DNA from: an uncultured Pseudomonadota bacterium
Lineage (GTDB): Bacteria; Pseudomonadota; Alphaproteobacteria; RUG11792
DNA: 64,000 nt
Direction of reading: 5' to 3'
NCBI GenBank assembly: GCA_902769055.1
Contig: CACXNL010000003.1
Coordinates: forward strand, 20,693-84,692
Position 1 is the stretch's first letter. Each line of letters starts with the position of its first letter. Positions 63,614-64,000 of this stretch are shown here, in pieces. The notes under the pieces were generated by a model. That model ran no database searches. It had not been told where the DNA came from and saw only the letters and a program-made list of their open reading frames with translations. The translations under genes and the position numbers were made by a program.

Positions 63614-64000
63614 TAGCCAAACTGACCGGAACCGTCGATGAAATACTGGACGACTCGATAATAATCGATGTAAACGGCGTTGGATACCAAGTATATGCGA
63701 CTTCAAGTTTGTTACAAGGAAGTGCTGTCGGTGCGCCAATATCCGTATGTATTGAGCATATAATAAAACAAGATGCGCAGTTTTTGTGCGGATTTCAGTC
63801 GAAAGAGGAGGCGGGAGTATTTAAGGTTTTACTTAATGTGCACGGAATAGGCGTGAGATCGGCACTGTCAATACTGTCGACGTTGTCCATAAGTGAAATA
63901 GCGACTGCGGTTGCGACCCAAGATGCCTCGATGCTCAGCCGAGTGTCGGGCATAGGGAAAAAGACGGCAGCGAGGATTTTGCTGGAGTTGAAGGACAAAA
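63610..64000 (+). CDS. ruvA: Holliday junction DNA helicase RuvA (5' part, runs off the window)
   Basis: ATGA overlap with the previous stop. MIAKLTGTVDEILDDSIIIDVNGVGYQVY.., HhH motifs VHGIGVRSALSIL and VSGIGKKTAARILLELKDK. Confidence 0.9.
   Translation, partial: MIAKLTGTVDEILDDSIIIDVNGVGYQVYATSSLLQGSAVGAPISVCIEHIIKQDAQFLCGFQSKEEAGVFKVLLNVHGIGVRSALSILSTLSISEIATAVATQDASMLSRVSGIGKKTAARILLELKDK

Overview
Gene-dense, AT-rich 64-kb bacterial chromosomal window. The housekeeping proteins look alphaproteobacterial: CarD/CdnL, a DciA-like DUF721 protein, and a SPOR protein directly after argS. It is probably a Rickettsiales/Holosporales-type intracellular symbiont, but that is inference from protein similarity judged by eye only.

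Core content: about 45 conventional genes (topA, dut, potAB, recG, pheS, recJ, murB, ddl, mltG, rarA, mnmA, brnQ-like, dapD, mrcA, an M23 peptidase, argS, bioF-esterase-bioC, carD, glmM, ftsH, pnp, ald, kdsA, pepP, pgk, plsC, rsmI, a ugd-like gene, iscS, an iscU-iscA fusion, ruvA) and four tRNAs (Gln-CUG, Val-GAC, Arg-CCU, initiator Met). I saw no rRNA, CRISPR array, transposase or integrase.

Accessory content worth a second look:
1. A seven-member paralogous family of Sec-signal proteins with acidic cores and a conserved Trp/Lys-rich C-terminal tail. Six have a G tract in the -35/-10 spacer of a conserved promoter: uninterrupted G6, G7, G8, G10 and G11, plus an interrupted G6-T-G4. The seventh has no promoter tract but carries G9 in its coding region. 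Two copies are frameshifted, one exactly at a G tract. I read this as a contingency (phase/antigenic variation) system. A shared 5' cassette of about 400 bp in direct and inverted orientation could shuffle promoters between gene bodies.
2. A two-gene operon (small 3-TM protein plus ThsB/DUF1863-like TIR protein) sits where pheT would normally follow pheS. It is a candidate minimal TIR defence or NADase module.
3. Scattered orphan type VI secretion parts: a DUF4280 PAAR-like gene, tssG abutting tRNA-fMet, and a possible Hcp-like protein.
4. Smaller oddities: an IscU-IscA fusion, a Ugd-like protein whose catalytic Lys/Cys/Asp look substituted, a eukaryote-like LRR secreted protein, and a terminator-like hairpin inside a 5' leader.

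All calls come from reading the ORF translations and the DNA. No database search or alignment program was run.
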